Assembly: GCA_963845755.1 (NCBI GenBank)
Contig: CAWJTV010000033.1
Span: 480,001-544,000, forward strand
Length of the DNA: 64,000 bases
Source: an uncultured Planctomycetota bacterium
Lineage (GTDB): Bacteria; Planctomycetota; Planctomycetia; Isosphaerales; Isosphaeraceae
Direction of reading: 5' to 3'
Shown: piece by piece, positions 30,523 through 42,237 of the stretch
Numbering within the stretch: the stretch's first letter is position 1
Layout of the letters: each line of letters opens with the position of its first letter
Notes under the pieces: model-generated
Seen by the model: the letters and a program-made list of their open reading frames with translations, nothing else
Told to the model about the DNA's origin: nothing
The model's database searches: none
Made by a program: the position numbers and the translations under genes

Positions 30523-33500
30523 TCAGTGCGCGAACGGATCGGCCGGGAAGACCGGGTCGTAGAGGATCACCGCCTCGGCCTCGCTGCGGAGGAGGCGGAT
30601 TTCCAATTCCTCCCAGAACTGATTGGGATCGGTGCTCGGCTGGCGGTTGCGGAGCCGGTCGAGCCAGCGGCGAGCCTCGTCGCGATGGCCGAGGCGGTGG
30701 TGAGCCATCGCCAGGAAGGGCCAGTCGAGGGGTTCTTCTGCCCCGTTACCGTGCCTTGATTCCTTCCTCCAGGCGCCGGATCGCGTCTTCGAACCGCCCG
30801 CAGCGGTAGAGGGCGGCGCCGAGCGTGTTCAGGGCGAGATGCTTCTGATCGGCAGTGAAGCCGTTCACGGCGAACTCGGCAAGTCGCACAGAGGCCATTG
30901 GGGTCGGCGACCGAGTCCGGGGCCAGCGCCAATGACCAGGCGACAATGTTGGCGATGTAGAGCGTTCGGTCGAGTCTCGTTGGTAATCGGTCGAGAGATC
31001 GGAGCGGGCCTGCTGCGACGCATCGTGATCTCGCGACTGCGAGAGATGTCACCGATCTGGTGACAGCGGGTCTTGATAATGGCTCCGGCCTGGAACTGAA
31101 GGCACCACGGTAGGCGGCTGTGGCACGTCCCCATTGCCTCCAGCCTGGCAAGATGTTCGCACGCGGGCAAACAACAGCCTCGCTGGAACGCTCGACTGCA
31201 TTGGCAGGGACAGGGCGACAGACGCGATCGAAAACCGTATCATTGGCGACGATGTCGGCGAGAAGATTCGATTCCGGGATCCTCGAGAGCCAGAGCCCGG
31301 GCGAAGTCGGCTGCGGCTTTCTCTGGTTCCGAGCGCACGACGTAAAACCTCCCGCGTTCGAGTCCAGGCCGATGCTCCGGAGTGGCCGGGCGCGAATGAC
31401 CTCGGCGAACGCAGCCTCGGCCTCGACCCAGCATTTGCGTTCGATCCAGGCTCGGGCGCGGGCGGTCGGGTCGGGACCGTAGAGAATGGGGTCGAAGAGC
31501 CACCCGGAATCCGTCTTCGGTGGCCCACCGAGTTGGCGGAGCCTTTCGCGTCGTTCCTGCCAGGCCTCGGTTTCGAGAGCATTGATATTTCCCTCGTCAT
31601 CGACTACCAGACCGGTCATCGTTTCAACCCAGAAACTTGATGCGGGGAAGATCGTTATCCACTAGAGCGGGGAGATGCCAGATCCGTGCCGTGCCCTGGG
31701 CGTCAATTACGCCTGCCGAGTACGCTAGCGTCGCTACTCGCGGTGACGATAGTCTTGCCGTCTGGGCTAAATGCCGCGGAAATGAGCGAAGCCTTCTTGC
31801 TCCAGAGGCGGGCCGATCGGCTGACCGGTGGCAGCATCCCACAGCCGCGCGCTATTATCTGGAGCCGCAGGTCAGGAGAATCTTCATATCAGGGCTGGAT
31901 GCCCAGACGCCTGACGTCATGCTGGACAGAACGGCTTGCCGATCGGTTGACCGGATGCGGCATCCCACAGCCTCGTCGTACTGTTGGTCCTGGTGAGGAA
32001 GGTCTTACCGTCCCGGCTGAAAGCCACGGAAACTGACTCCACTCTTGATGCATCATCGGCTGACCGATGGGCTGACCGGTGGCGGCATCCCACAGCCTGG
32101 CTGTCTTATCCTCGCTGCCGGTGAGGACAGTCTTTCCATCGGGACTGAACGCCACGGACATGACCCGGCCTTCGTGCTTCAGAGTCGTGAGGATTGGCCG
32201 TCCGGTGGACGTATCCCACAATCGCGCCATGTTATCGCTCGACCCGATGACGAGGGTTTTGCCGTCGGGGCTATACGCTGCAGCCGTAGCACTGGCCTGA
32301 TGGATGATGGGCTTACCGGAAAAGGCGTTCCACAAACGAGCGGTGCCGCCGCGGCTTCTCGCCAGGAACGTCGTGCCGTCAGGACCGTACACCACGGACT
32401 GAGACATGCAGGCGTGGATGCTGTGGCTGTGTTCGCGGTGTCCACTAGATTCATTGCCGACCAATGGGCTGACCGGTGGCTGCATTCCAAAGCGCGTACG
32501 CTGTTTCGAAAGCTCCCGGTGAGTATGGTCTTGCCGTCGGGGCTAAACGCCCCGCAACTGAGACCGTCTGGATCCTCCATGGGCTGACCAATGGGAGAAA
32601 CGGTAATAGCATCCCACAGTCCCCCCTTTACATCGCTCCTTGGTGCCTCCTAAGGTAAGGATCTTTGTTCCATCCGGGCTAAACTGTACGCGATCGGCCT
32701 TGCCTGGAAGTTGGAAGGGCTGACCCAATGGCAGCCCGGGGGCAGCATCCCATAGCCGCGCTGTTCCGTCGGTGCTCCCGGTCAGAATCGGTCTTGCCGT
32801 CGGGGCTGAACGCCACGGCTACGACCTCCGTCTGATGTACCAGAGGCTGGCCGATGGGCAAACCGGTGGCGGCGTCCCAGAGCCGCGCTGTCCTGTCTAC
32901 ACGCCGGTAACGATGGTCTTGCCGTCAGGGCTAAACGCGACAGCTCGGACCCGCTCCCTGATGCTCCAGCGGCTTGCCGATGGGCAAACCGGTCTTAGCA
33001 TTCCCCAAACGCACCTTATTGTCTCTGATGAGGACAGTCTTGCTGTCCGGGCTGAACGAAACGTAGGTTATCGCCAAGATACCTGCCCGAGCCATCGTGC
33101 TCCAGCGGCGGGCCGATGGGCCGCCCGGTCGAGGCATCCCATAGCCTCGCCGACCCGTCAAAGCACCCGGTCACGAACCTCTTGCCATCGGGGCTGAATG
33201 CCACCGAATCGACATTGTCTGGATGAACCATCGGCGGGCCGATGGGCAAACCGGTAGCGGCATCCCACAGCCGTGCCGTCTTGTCCTGTCCTCCCGTGAG
33301 GACGGTCTTCCCGTCGGGACTGAATGCCACCGCCGTAGAGTTGGAGCTCTGGTGCTCCAGTGGTTTGCCAATGGGCTGACCGGAAGCTGCATTCCAGAGC
33401 CACGCCGTCTCGCCATTGCCCGCGGTGAGGACCGTCTTGCCGTCGGAGCTGAACGCCACCGAATTGACACTGCCTTGATGAACCATGGGCTGTCCAATGG

Positions 33501-35531
33501 GCCGCCCAGTGGCCGTCTCCCACAGCCGTGCCGTCTTGTCAGAACTCCCTGTGAGGACTGTCTTGCCGTCGGGGCTGTATGCGACCGCCATGACCGAGCT
33601 CTGATGCAACATGGGTTGGCCGATGGGCCGTCCGGTGGCGGCGTCCCAGAGCCGTGCCATGTTGTCGTCCTGAGTCCCCGTCAGGACGGTCTTGCCATCC
33701 GGACTGTACGCCATGGCCCTTATGGGGCTCTTGATGGAGCATGGGCTGACCGATGGGCCGTCCGGTGGCCGTGTCCCACAACCTAGCTGTATCCCCATCA
33801 TGACGCAGTAGGATCGTTCTGCCGTCGGGACTGAAGGCAACCTGAGAGACCATTCCGCCATGCGAGAAAACCCCCTTGATCTCCGGACAGTTGTACCGCC
33901 AGAAGGAGAGATTCGCCCGGGCGAGGTGTTGCCAGGCACGGTCGTCTGCTTTGGCGGCATAGCGCCAACATTCGACCAGCCAGAGCAGGCCGTGGTTCAC
34001 CTGGCCGCCGTCGAAGGCGCGCTGTGCGCACTCAAAGAAGAACATCGCCAAGCGGCGGTTCGAGTCGGCGAGTGATGTCTTGAGCTTCTGGCTCTGCGTC
34101 TCCAAATCCTCCGCCTGAGCTGAAATCTTCGCCGCGTCCTCAGCGAGTTCGTGAGCGTGCTGGGTCTGCTCGTTAGCACGAAGTGTTTCGGTGGTCGCGA
34201 GCCGGGCCTTCCGGTCAGCGTAGAGTAGCGACAGCACGGCCACGGCCACCAGCGATGCCGCCACCAATCCGGCCGCCCCGGACAGGACGGGATTGCGCCG
34301 GCACCACATCCAGAACCGTGCCGAGTTCCCCACCGGCCGCGCCGCGATCGGCTCGCCGGCCAGCCAGCGGTTCAGGTCCTCGGCCAGCGCATCGGCGCTG
34401 GCATAGCGCCGGCGCGGGTCCTTCTCCAGGCACTTCAGGCAGATCACTTCCAGGTCGCGCGGCACCCGCGGGTTGAGCTTCCGCGGCGGTTCGGGAGGCC
34501 GTTCGCGCACCTGCTCCAGCGTATCCAGGACCGTCGCACCCCCGAACGGCGCCCGACCGGTCAGCAGGGCATAGAGGATCGCTCCCAGACCGTAGACGTC
34601 GGTCGCCGTCGTCACCGTCCCCTTCTTGGCCGACGCTTGCTCGGGGGCCATGTAGGCCGGCGTGCCCACGATCGCGCCGGAGCGGGTCAACTCGCTGTCC
34701 CCTTCGACCCGCTTGGCCAGGCCGAAGTCGGTGACATGAGGCTGTCCTTCGGCATCGACCAGGATGTTCGCCGGCTTCAGGTCGCGATGGAGGATGCCGC
34801 GCTGGTGCGGCGTGGTGGATCGCGACGGCCATCGTCGCCACCAGCCGGGCGGCGCGTCGCGGGTCGGCGATGTAGTCCTTCAATCGCTTGTCGAGGCTCT
34901 CCCCGGCGACCAGCTTCATGCTGAAATAGTGCTGGTCCTCGAACTGGCCGACCTCGAAGATCGGCACGATGTGGGGGTGGTCGAGCCGGGCGACGGCCTC
35001 GGCCTCGTTCTGGAACCGGCGGACCTCGTCGGCGGAGGCGAACCGGGCGGCCTTGATCATCTTCAAAGCCACCGGGCGGTTGAGGCTGAGTTGCCGGGCC
35101 TTGTAGACGATCCCCATGCCCCCTTCGCCCAGGACGCGTTGCAGCTCGTAGTCGCCGAAGTAGCCGACGCGGGTCCCGGCCGGGAGACCCGAGCCGGCCG
35201 AACTGTTCAGCGCGGCGGTGTTCGTTGTGTCGGAGAGCCGGGGGGAGGCGTCCGAGGTCGGAGGATCGAGGGTTGGCTCATCTCCGCTTCCCATCTCGGG
35301 CTGGGTCCCGCCAGGAGTTGTCCCTCCCAGGGCCGATGCTTCCGTCCCGGCCTGAGCGTCCCGGAGCCTGTCGAGGAAACTGTCAGGCGCCATCTCGGCC
35401 ACGAGGCGGCGGCAATCGGCGCAGTTTTCCAGGTGTTGGTTGACCGCCTCGGCCGCGTCGTCGTCGAGCTGGCCCAGGCCATAGGCTTGCAAAGTTTGAG
35501 GGGTCGGATGCGGAGGATTTGAGGCGTCCAT
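30523..35531 (-). CDS. zf-HC2 (ZAS) - Ser/Thr kinase - TM - WD40 repeats - TPR protein, multiply frameshifted (possible pseudogene)
   Basis: [34 protein letters not shown] in shifted frames, GTPAYMAPE; more than 10 [20 protein letters not shown] repeats; terminal [21 protein letters not shown]. Confidence 0.85.
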
Positions 35532-35699
35532 CGATGGCGATCTCCCGGTCTGGCGTCGACCCGGACTGCGATAGGCCGGTGTCTATACTACAGAAAGGCC
35601 GGAGAGCGGACGGACCTGCCGCGAAAAAACAAAATCGGGACGGTAGCCGCCATGTCTCACCACAGCGTCCGCAAACCGGCGGGAACAGGATCAAACCGA

Positions 35700-35852
35700 T
35701 TCACCACAGAGTCACAGAGCACACAGAGAAGACCCACACGCGTCGTGATCTCGGCAGTGCGCCGGCCATCCCTTCCTTCCGGCGGGTCGGACCGAACACC
35801 ATATTTTGTAAGTATTTCTATCTTCTCTGTGCTCTCTGTGGCTCTGTGGTGA
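35700..35852. repeat. CACAGAG-type palindromic intergenic repeat
   Basis: TCACCACAGAGTCACAGAGCACACAGAGAAGA ... TCTTCTCTGTGCTCTCTGTGGCTCTGTGGTGA inverted arms. Confidence 0.75.
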
Positions 35853-35937
35853 GATATCCGGGCTGATTAGAAACTCGGAGGGTCGTGGGGCTGGGAGACC
35901 CGCGTCCAGCGCTGGAGGTCCGGGTCCGACACGGGTG

Positions 35938-36070
35938 CCTAATCTACACAGCATAAATATTTCCGAGATTTTTTATCCACCTATGCTGTCGAAGCTTACA
36001 ACGACCAAAGTCTCAAAAACACGCGCGATGCGTTCACGAAATCGAAAAGCTGAGGCATCCTGATAAATAG
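35938..36070 (+). promoter_or_regulatory. dispersed conserved non-coding module, copy A (sigma70-like TTCACG-17-CATCCT)
   Basis: colinear similarity to 52543-52676. Confidence 0.55.
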
Positions 36071-36375
36071 GCGAGGATCGAGGTCGAACGAGATCCCGTC
36101 CAAATCCCCATCCGCCTCACTGTCCAGTGCAGCCTGCCAGCAGCCCGTCCGACCCGTTTCCAGCCTGACCCCGAATTCACTTCGGGTCGCGCAGATCGGC
36201 AACAGCACGGCGTCAAACCATCGCGATTGAGTGCATGTAAGTCGTAATAACTCGCATCCAAGAAATGACCCATGCGAGAATTCATGAAGGCGTGAACTAA
36301 GACACGCCCGTCAGCCTGACACCTCTCACGCAATCATTATGACCATGACACGGACTGATCGGTCTGACCAGCACG

Positions 36376-36641
36376 CCAAAACGGCGCAAACGAAGCCAAG
36401 GACGGGGCCAGACGCCCCAAGAATCGCGCAAACGAAGCCAGGACCGGGACAGATCGCTCCCAAAATCGCGCGAACGAAGCCAGAGGTCAGACCGCTTGAC
36501 AGAAACACGAACGGAATACCGCGCACGATGACACGCATCCACGAAACATCGACTTGCCTTTGAGGTCAACAAAACGCTCCGTTGACCGAGCGGTTGTCCG
36601 CCCACAAGAATGACGTACCGAAAATCGCGCGAACGAAGCCA
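36376..36641 (+). repeat. AAAATCGCGCGAACGAAGCCA direct repeats (three at 42-bp period plus one distal)
   Basis: copies end at 36398, 36440, 36482 and 36641. Confidence 0.75.
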
Positions 36642-36746
36642 TCCGCCAAAAGGGCCGTCTTGCTGGCCATGCAGGAATTGAGGCGGCATGCAATCTCTTG
36701 TTCTATGCATGCAGTCAGCCAACCCGAATAGGGACCAGGGACCAAG

Positions 36747-38219
36747 ATGAGTTCAGCAACAATCGCCGATCCATCCTCGAAAGTGACTCCACGCATCGTC
36801 TCGGACCTGATCGCCATCGTCGGCGAGGAGAACGTCCTCCACAGTCGGGAGGAGATGCTGGTCTACGAGTGCGACGGCTACGTCGTCGAGAAGAGCGTCC
36901 CGGATGTGGTCGTGTTCCCGACCTCGACCGAACAGGTCGTGGAGGTGGTCAAGCTCTGCCATCACCACAAGGTCCCGTTCGTGCCGCGCGGGGCCGGGAC
37001 CAGCCTGGCCGGCGGTACGCTCACCGTCGGCGGCGGGATCATGATCTGCCTGACCCGGATGAAACGCATCCTGGAGGTCAGCCTCCGCGACCGGTACGCG
37101 ATCGTCGAATCCGGCGTGGTCAACCTCTGGCTGACGCGGTCGCTGGCCGGCACCGGGTTCCACTACGCCCCCGACCCGTCGAGCCAGGGGGCCTGCACCA
37201 TCGGCGGCAACGTCGCGACCAACTCGGGCGGTCCCCATACGCTCAAGTACGGCGTCACGGTCAACCATATCAAAGGGGCGAAGCTCGTCATGCCCGACGG
37301 GACGCTGGTCGAGACCGGCGGCGTCACCGAGGATAACCCCGGCTACGACCTGACCGGGCTGGTCGTCGGCAACGAGGGGACCTTCGGCATCGTCACCGAG
37401 GCGGTCGTCAACCTGACCCGCGACCCCGAGGCCGGCCGCACCTTCCTCGCCGTCTTCGATTCGGTCGACTCCGCCACGGAGACCGTCAGCGGGATCATCG
37501 CCGCGGGGATCGTCCCCGCCGCGCTGGAGATGCTCGATAACCTGATGATCCGCGCCGTCGAACAAGCCTTCCACTTCGGCTTCCCCACCGAGGCCGGCGC
37601 CGTGCTGATCATCGAGGTCGACGGCCTCGACGCCGGGCTCGACCGCGAGGCCCAGGCCATCTCCGAGATCGTCCAGGCCCACGAGGGCACCATCGAGAAG
37701 TTGATCACCTGGCGCACCCGCAAGGAGCCCGAATACGTCGCCATCTGGAAGAGCCGGAAATCGGCCTTCGGCGCGATCGGACGCCTCAGCCCGACCTATT
37801 GCACCCAGGACGGCGTCGTGCCCCGCACCAAGCTGCCGCATATCCTCCGGTTCATCACCGCGGTCGGTCAGCGGCATAACCTCCGGATCGCCAACGTCTT
37901 CCACGCCGGGGACGGGAACATCCACCCGATCCTCCTCTTCGACGAGCGCGACGCCGAGCAGGTGAAGCGCGTCTTCCTCGCCAGCCACGAGATCCTCGAT
38001 GAGTGCATCGCCGTCGGCGGCAGCGTCACGGGCGAGCACGGGATCGGCGTCGAGAAGATGGAGTTCATGCCCAAGCTCTTCTCACCCGAGGACCTCGCCG
38101 CCATGGTCGCCCTGAGGAACACCTTCAACCCGGACGGCCGCTGCAACCCGTTCAAGATGCTCCCCGGCGGCGCCGGCTGCATCGAGCGGAAGAGCCCGGG
38201 GCATGCGGCGCCGGCGTGA
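36747..38219 (+). CDS. glcD: glycolate oxidase FAD-binding subunit GlcD
   Basis: YECDG, PRGAGTSLAGG, YAPDPSSQGACTIGGN, LKYGVT, NVFHAGDGNIHP, GEHGIG. Confidence 0.92.
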   Translation: MSSATIADPSSKVTPRIVSDLIAIVGEENVLHSREEMLVYECDGYVVEKSVPDVVVFPTSTEQVVEVVKLCHHHKVPFVPRGAGTSLAGGTLTVGGGIMICLTRMKRILEVSLRDRYAIVESGVVNLWLTRSLAGTGFHYAPDPSSQGACTIGGNVATNSGGPHTLKYGVTVNHIKGAKLVMPDGTLVETGGVTEDNPGYDLTGLVVGNEGTFGIVTEAVVNLTRDPEAGRTFLAVFDSVDSATETVSGIIAAGIVPAALEMLDNLMIRAVEQAFHFGFPTEAGAVLIIEVDGLDAGLDREAQAISEIVQAHEGTIEKLITWRTRKEPEYVAIWKSRKSAFGAIGRLSPTYCTQDGVVPRTKLPHILRFITAVGQRHNLRIANVFHAGDGNIHPILLFDERDAEQVKRVFLASHEILDECIAVGGSVTGEHGIGVEKMEFMPKLFSPEDLAAMVALRNTFNPDGRCNPFKMLPGGAGCIERKSPGHAAPA

Positions 38220-38224
38220 GACGG

Positions 38225-38294
38225 GAAGGATGAAGGATGAGTCAGAATCCGACCGGTCTTGATTCATCCTTCATCCCTCATCCCTCAGCCTTTC
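38225..38294. repeat. heptamer (GATGAAG/CTTCATC) inverted repeat, possible terminator or RNA stabiliser
   Basis: GAAGGATGAAGGATGA ... TCATCCTTCATCCCTCATCCCTCAGCC immediately after glcD. Confidence 0.6.
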
Positions 38295-38401
38295 CTCGTA
38301 GGGGGGGAAGCGATATCCTGGACATCAGTCGCAATCGCCCCGAAACCTTCGTCCCACCTTCGGAGCCAATCCACCGTGCCCAAGCGGCCTCGATTCTCGC
38401 G

Positions 38402-39362
38402 ATGGCGACGGCTCCCCCCGGTCTTCCGGTCGGGCGAACACCGGCCGATCGGCTCGGGGAACGAGCTGGATCGGATCATCCTCTACCTGCCCAGCCGGCT
38501 CCTCGACCTGGCCGAAGCCCTCGCCGAGAAAGCGGGCATCGCGTCCGTGCAGGACTACTGCTCCCGCTTGCTGGCGCGGGCCCTCGAGGCCGAGCAGGTC
38601 CAGCAGAAAGTGGCCCAGGTCGAAGCCCGGCGCGGGACCCTGGAGGGCCTGAAAGAGATCGCCGAGGATGCCGATTATCTCGCGGAATGGCAGGCCCAAT
38701 CCGACGCGAAGCCGGAGCCGCCGCGCCGGCCCGAGCGATCGGCGGGTATGGCCCTCGCTCCAGCCCGGCCTTGCCCCATGCGGGAGAGGCCATCACCGTT
38801 GACCTCATCCTGGCCGATGGAGACGACACCGCGATGGAACCACCAAACGAAGGGGATGCGAGCGGGATGGTCGAGGAACCCATCGAGGCGGAGCGGCCGG
38901 AGCGGCCGACGGAGCCCGATGCCGGAGCCGGGTCGGCGCCGACCCCGGTACCGATCCCGATGTCTCCCCATCCCGCGATACGCGTGGTGACCGATCGGAC
39001 GGCCCTGGAGGTCCTCTGGCGGCACGTCGGCAGGGGCGGAGACGACTGGGCGTTCCTCCCCTGCCTGCGCCGGGGCGTGCCGGTCACCGACAGGAAGGTG
39101 TCGGAGCTGATCCACGCCCTCAACCAGCTCGAGCGGGAGTATCGCGGCGCCGAGCTGCTCGACCGCCGCATGGCCCATGCCTTGCACCGACTGGCCCTCG
39201 AGTCGCAGGTCCTGCTCACCGACGCCTGGCCGGGCGTCTTCGACGACCACATGATCGCCGCGATCCGGTCCGTGCAGGAGGCCGTCGAACGCATCCTCTC
39301 GGATGAAGATATCCGCTACTATTCCAATCCCTCCCAAGCCGTGATCGGAGCAGCCGCCTTGA
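38402..39362 (+). CDS. hypothetical protein with N-terminal ribbon-helix-helix-like domain (frameshifted)
   Basis: ELDRIILYLPSRLLDLAEALAEKAGIASVQDYCSRLLARALE, followed by an acidic linker and a helical domain; probable TTGA overlap with glcE. Confidence 0.6.
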
Positions 39363-40631
39363 CAGCGACCGTTCAACCGACCTGGCCCGATCCCCCCGCG
39401 GCCGGACCGATCGGCGATGGCCGGTCCGCCCTGGCGGAATATCGACCCGACGACGTCGATCCGCTCTGCGACTTGGTCCGCGAGCAGGTGGGCCTGGGTC
39501 ACGCCATCTATCCGCAAGGGGGCGGCACGGCGCTCGACTACGGCGGCATCCCTCGCCGTCCGGGCGTGATCGTGAGCACCCGCGGCCTCGACCGGCTGAT
39601 CGATTACCCGTTCGCCGACATGACGATCACCGTCCAGGCCGGGATGACCCTCTCGGCCCTCCGCGCCATCCTGGCCGAGAAGCATCAGCGCGGTGCTGGT
39701 CGACGCGCCCCATCCCGATCGAGCGACGCTCGGCGGCATCTACGCGACCAACACGACCGGCCCGCGACGCTTCGGAGCCGGCCGCCCCCGCGACCAGATC
39801 ATCGGCGTCAGCTTCGTCACCTCGGAGGGCGTGGTCGTCAAAGGCGGCGGGCGGGTCGTCAAGAATGTCGCCGGCTACGACTTTCCCAAGCTCCTGACCG
39901 GCTCGATGGGCACGCTCGGCATCATCACGCAATTGACCCTCAAGATTCGCCCGATCCCCGAAGCTTCCGCAATCGCCTGGGTCCCGTGGATTCACCCGGA
40001 TCGACTCGCCACGGCGATCGACGGATTCAACCTGTCCGGTACCCGGCCGATCGCCCTGGAGCTCCTCAATCGTCGGGCCGCTGCCACCGTGGGCCAATCG
40101 CTGGGATTACCGGCGGATCACGCGGTACTGGCCATCGGCCTCGAAGATAATGCCGAGTCGGTCCGCTGGCAGATCGACCGCCTGAAAGCCGAGTTGGGGC
40201 GGACCGACCTCGTCGTCGTCGAGGGCGAGCCGTCTGCATTGCTCTGGGAGTCTCTCAACGGATTTCAGGCTTCCTCAATCGGGCCGATCAGCTTCGTCGC
40301 CAACCTCCGGCCCTCGTCGGTCGCGGCGTTCGTCGCGGGCCTGGACCCGGATCGTTGGTCGGTCCAGGCGCATGCGGGCAACGGGATCGTCCGCGCCCAC
40401 GGTCTGGACGAATGGACCAGGGACGCGGCGGTCCAGCAGATCGACCCCCTGCGACGGCGAGCCGTGGCCGACGGCGGTAATCTGATCGTCTCGCGATGCC
40501 CGACCGAATGGAAGGAGAGCCTGCGCGTCTGGGGAGAGCCTCGTGCCGACTGGGCCATCGCCGAACGCGTCCGGGCCGCCCTCGATCCCCATGGGTCCAT
40601 GAATCCGGGCCGGTTCGTCTTCTCCTCGTAG
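39359..40631 (+). CDS. glcE: glycolate oxidase subunit GlcE (frameshift near 39690)
   Basis: GGGTAL, DYPFADMTITVQAGMTL, ATLGG, GPRR, KGGGRVVKNVAGYDFPKL, DPHGSMNPGRF. Confidence 0.88.
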
Positions 40632-40861
40632 TCAGCAGTCAGTAGTCAGTAGAATCATCGATCGGGCGTGGTGGAATCCGAATCTGTCATAACCTTCGCA
40701 ACTCAGGCAGCTCCCTGCGACGTCAAACCGCTTCCGACTCAGCACTGACACTACTGCACGACTGCGATTTGGGGTTGATGGGGGCGAACGCCCCGGATTA
40801 TAACCGGATTCGCCTGGAAGTGGAGATCCGAAGATCGGGCAAGGAGAAGGGTATCACGAAT

Positions 40862-41641
40862 ATGGCCGATGGAGCGAGTGGTGCTTCGGCGGGATGTCGC
40901 GTCGATCTGGCGGGTCGCGTGGCGCTGGTGACGGGGGCGTCGCGCGGGATCGGACCGGGCGATCGCCATACGGCTGGCCGCCTGCGGTGCTTCGGTTGCG
41001 GGCGTGGCGCGCACCCTGGACGGGCTGCAAACGACGCTCCAGACGATCCGCGAGGCGGGGGGAACCGCCGAGGGTTATGCCGCCAATGTCGCCGTGTCGG
41101 CCGATGTGCAGCGTGTCGTCAACGAAATCGAAGCGAAATTCCAGCGGATCGACGTCCTGGTCAACAATGCCGGAGTGACGCGCGACGGCCTGATGCTTCG
41201 CATGGAAGACAACGCCTGGCAGGAGGTCATCGACACGAACCTCAAGGGGACGTTCCTCTTCTCAAGAGCGGTAGGCGTCTGTATGATGCGCGCACGATAT
41301 GGGCGGATCATCAACATCAGCAGCGTGGCCGGCTTGACCGGCAACCCGGGCCAGGCCAACTACGCGGCGAGCAAGGCGGGTGTCATCGGATTCAGCAAGA
41401 CGGTGGCACGCGAGTTGGGGTCGCGCGGAATCACGGTCAACGTGGTGGCGCCCGGCTTCATCACGACGGACATGACGGACGTTCTACCAGAGAAGATCAA
41501 GGCCGAGGTGAAGGAGCGCGTCCCCGTACGACGATTCGGGACGCCGGAGGACATCGCCGACCTGGTCTGCTATCTGGCCGGCCCGGCGCCAGCTACCTCA
41601 CCGGGCAAGTCATTGCCGTCGATGGCGGCCTGACCGCGTGA
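40862..41641 (+). CDS. fabG: 3-oxoacyl-ACP reductase (frameshifted)
   Basis: VTGASRGIG, NNAGVTRD, NISS, GQANYAASKAG, APGFITTDM, VDGG; upstream of acpP-fabF. Confidence 0.93.
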   Translation: MADGASGASAGCRVDLAGRVALVTGASRGIGPGDRHTAGRLRCFGCGRGAHPGRAANDAPDDPRGGGNRRGLCRQCRRVGRCAACRQRNRSEIPADRRPGQQCRSDARRPDASHGRQRLAGGHRHEPQGDVPLLKSGRRLYDARTIWADHQHQQRGRLDRQPGPGQLRGEQGGCHRIQQDGGTRVGVARNHGQRGGARLHHDGHDGRSTREDQGRGEGARPRTTIRDAGGHRRPGLLSGRPGASYLTGQVIAVDGGLTA

Positions 41642-41862
41642 ACCGAATTCCGAACCCGAGAATCCCTCATGGATCCCGTTCCATCGCCGGCCCTGCCGTG
41701 ACAGACGTCCGATGGACATCGGGGGCAAGATTTGCTAAGTTGAGTCTTGGTCGCGGTTTCGACCGATCCCGGAGAACCAGGATGGCCAGCAACATCCGTC
41801 GCTGACGCGACCGATCCCTCGAAACCAGGATCGAAAAACCAGTGCTAGCAGGAGGTTCGCCC

Positions 41863-42102
41863 GTGTCCGTGGAAGAGCGCGTTATCGAAATCGTCAGTGA
41901 GCAGATGGGAGTCTCCAAGGACCAGGTCACCCGGGAGACCTCCTTCGTCAACGACCTCGGTGCCGATTCGCTCGACACCGTGGAGCTTGTGATGGAGTTC
42001 GAAGAGGAGTTCGACATCACCATCCCTGACGAGGAGGCCGAGAAGATCCAGACCGTCGGCCAGGCGATCGACTACATCGAGCAGCACACGCACTCCAAGT
42101 AA
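41863..42102 (+). CDS. acpP: acyl carrier protein
   Basis: [40 protein letters not shown]. Confidence 0.97.
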   Translation: MSVEERVIEIVSEQMGVSKDQVTRETSFVNDLGADSLDTVELVMEFEEEFDITIPDEEAEKIQTVGQAIDYIEQHTHSK

Positions 42103-42237
42103 CGCGGCCCGTTCCGAGCACGGCTCGAACGGGCGACCGCGTCCTGGCGTGGACCCGGACCGGGATCGATCCCGTGCGCAACCCGGTTCCACGACTCCCA
42201 CCCCCGATGGCGATTTAACCAGCAGAAGCATCAGATC

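Noticed and set aside
31700..33850. ~126-bp periodic repeats as a DGR or array
   Set aside because: These are WD40 coding repeats; no reverse transcriptase or adenine-specific TR/VR pair was seen
36376..36641. CRISPR array
   Set aside because: Only 3-4 degenerate repeats, ~19-bp mutually similar spacers and no cas genes
38237..40150. Natural fusion of the hypothetical protein to GlcE
   Set aside because: SD GGAG plus a TTG/TGA overlap at 39359-39362 indicates two genes; the read-through is probably an indel artefact
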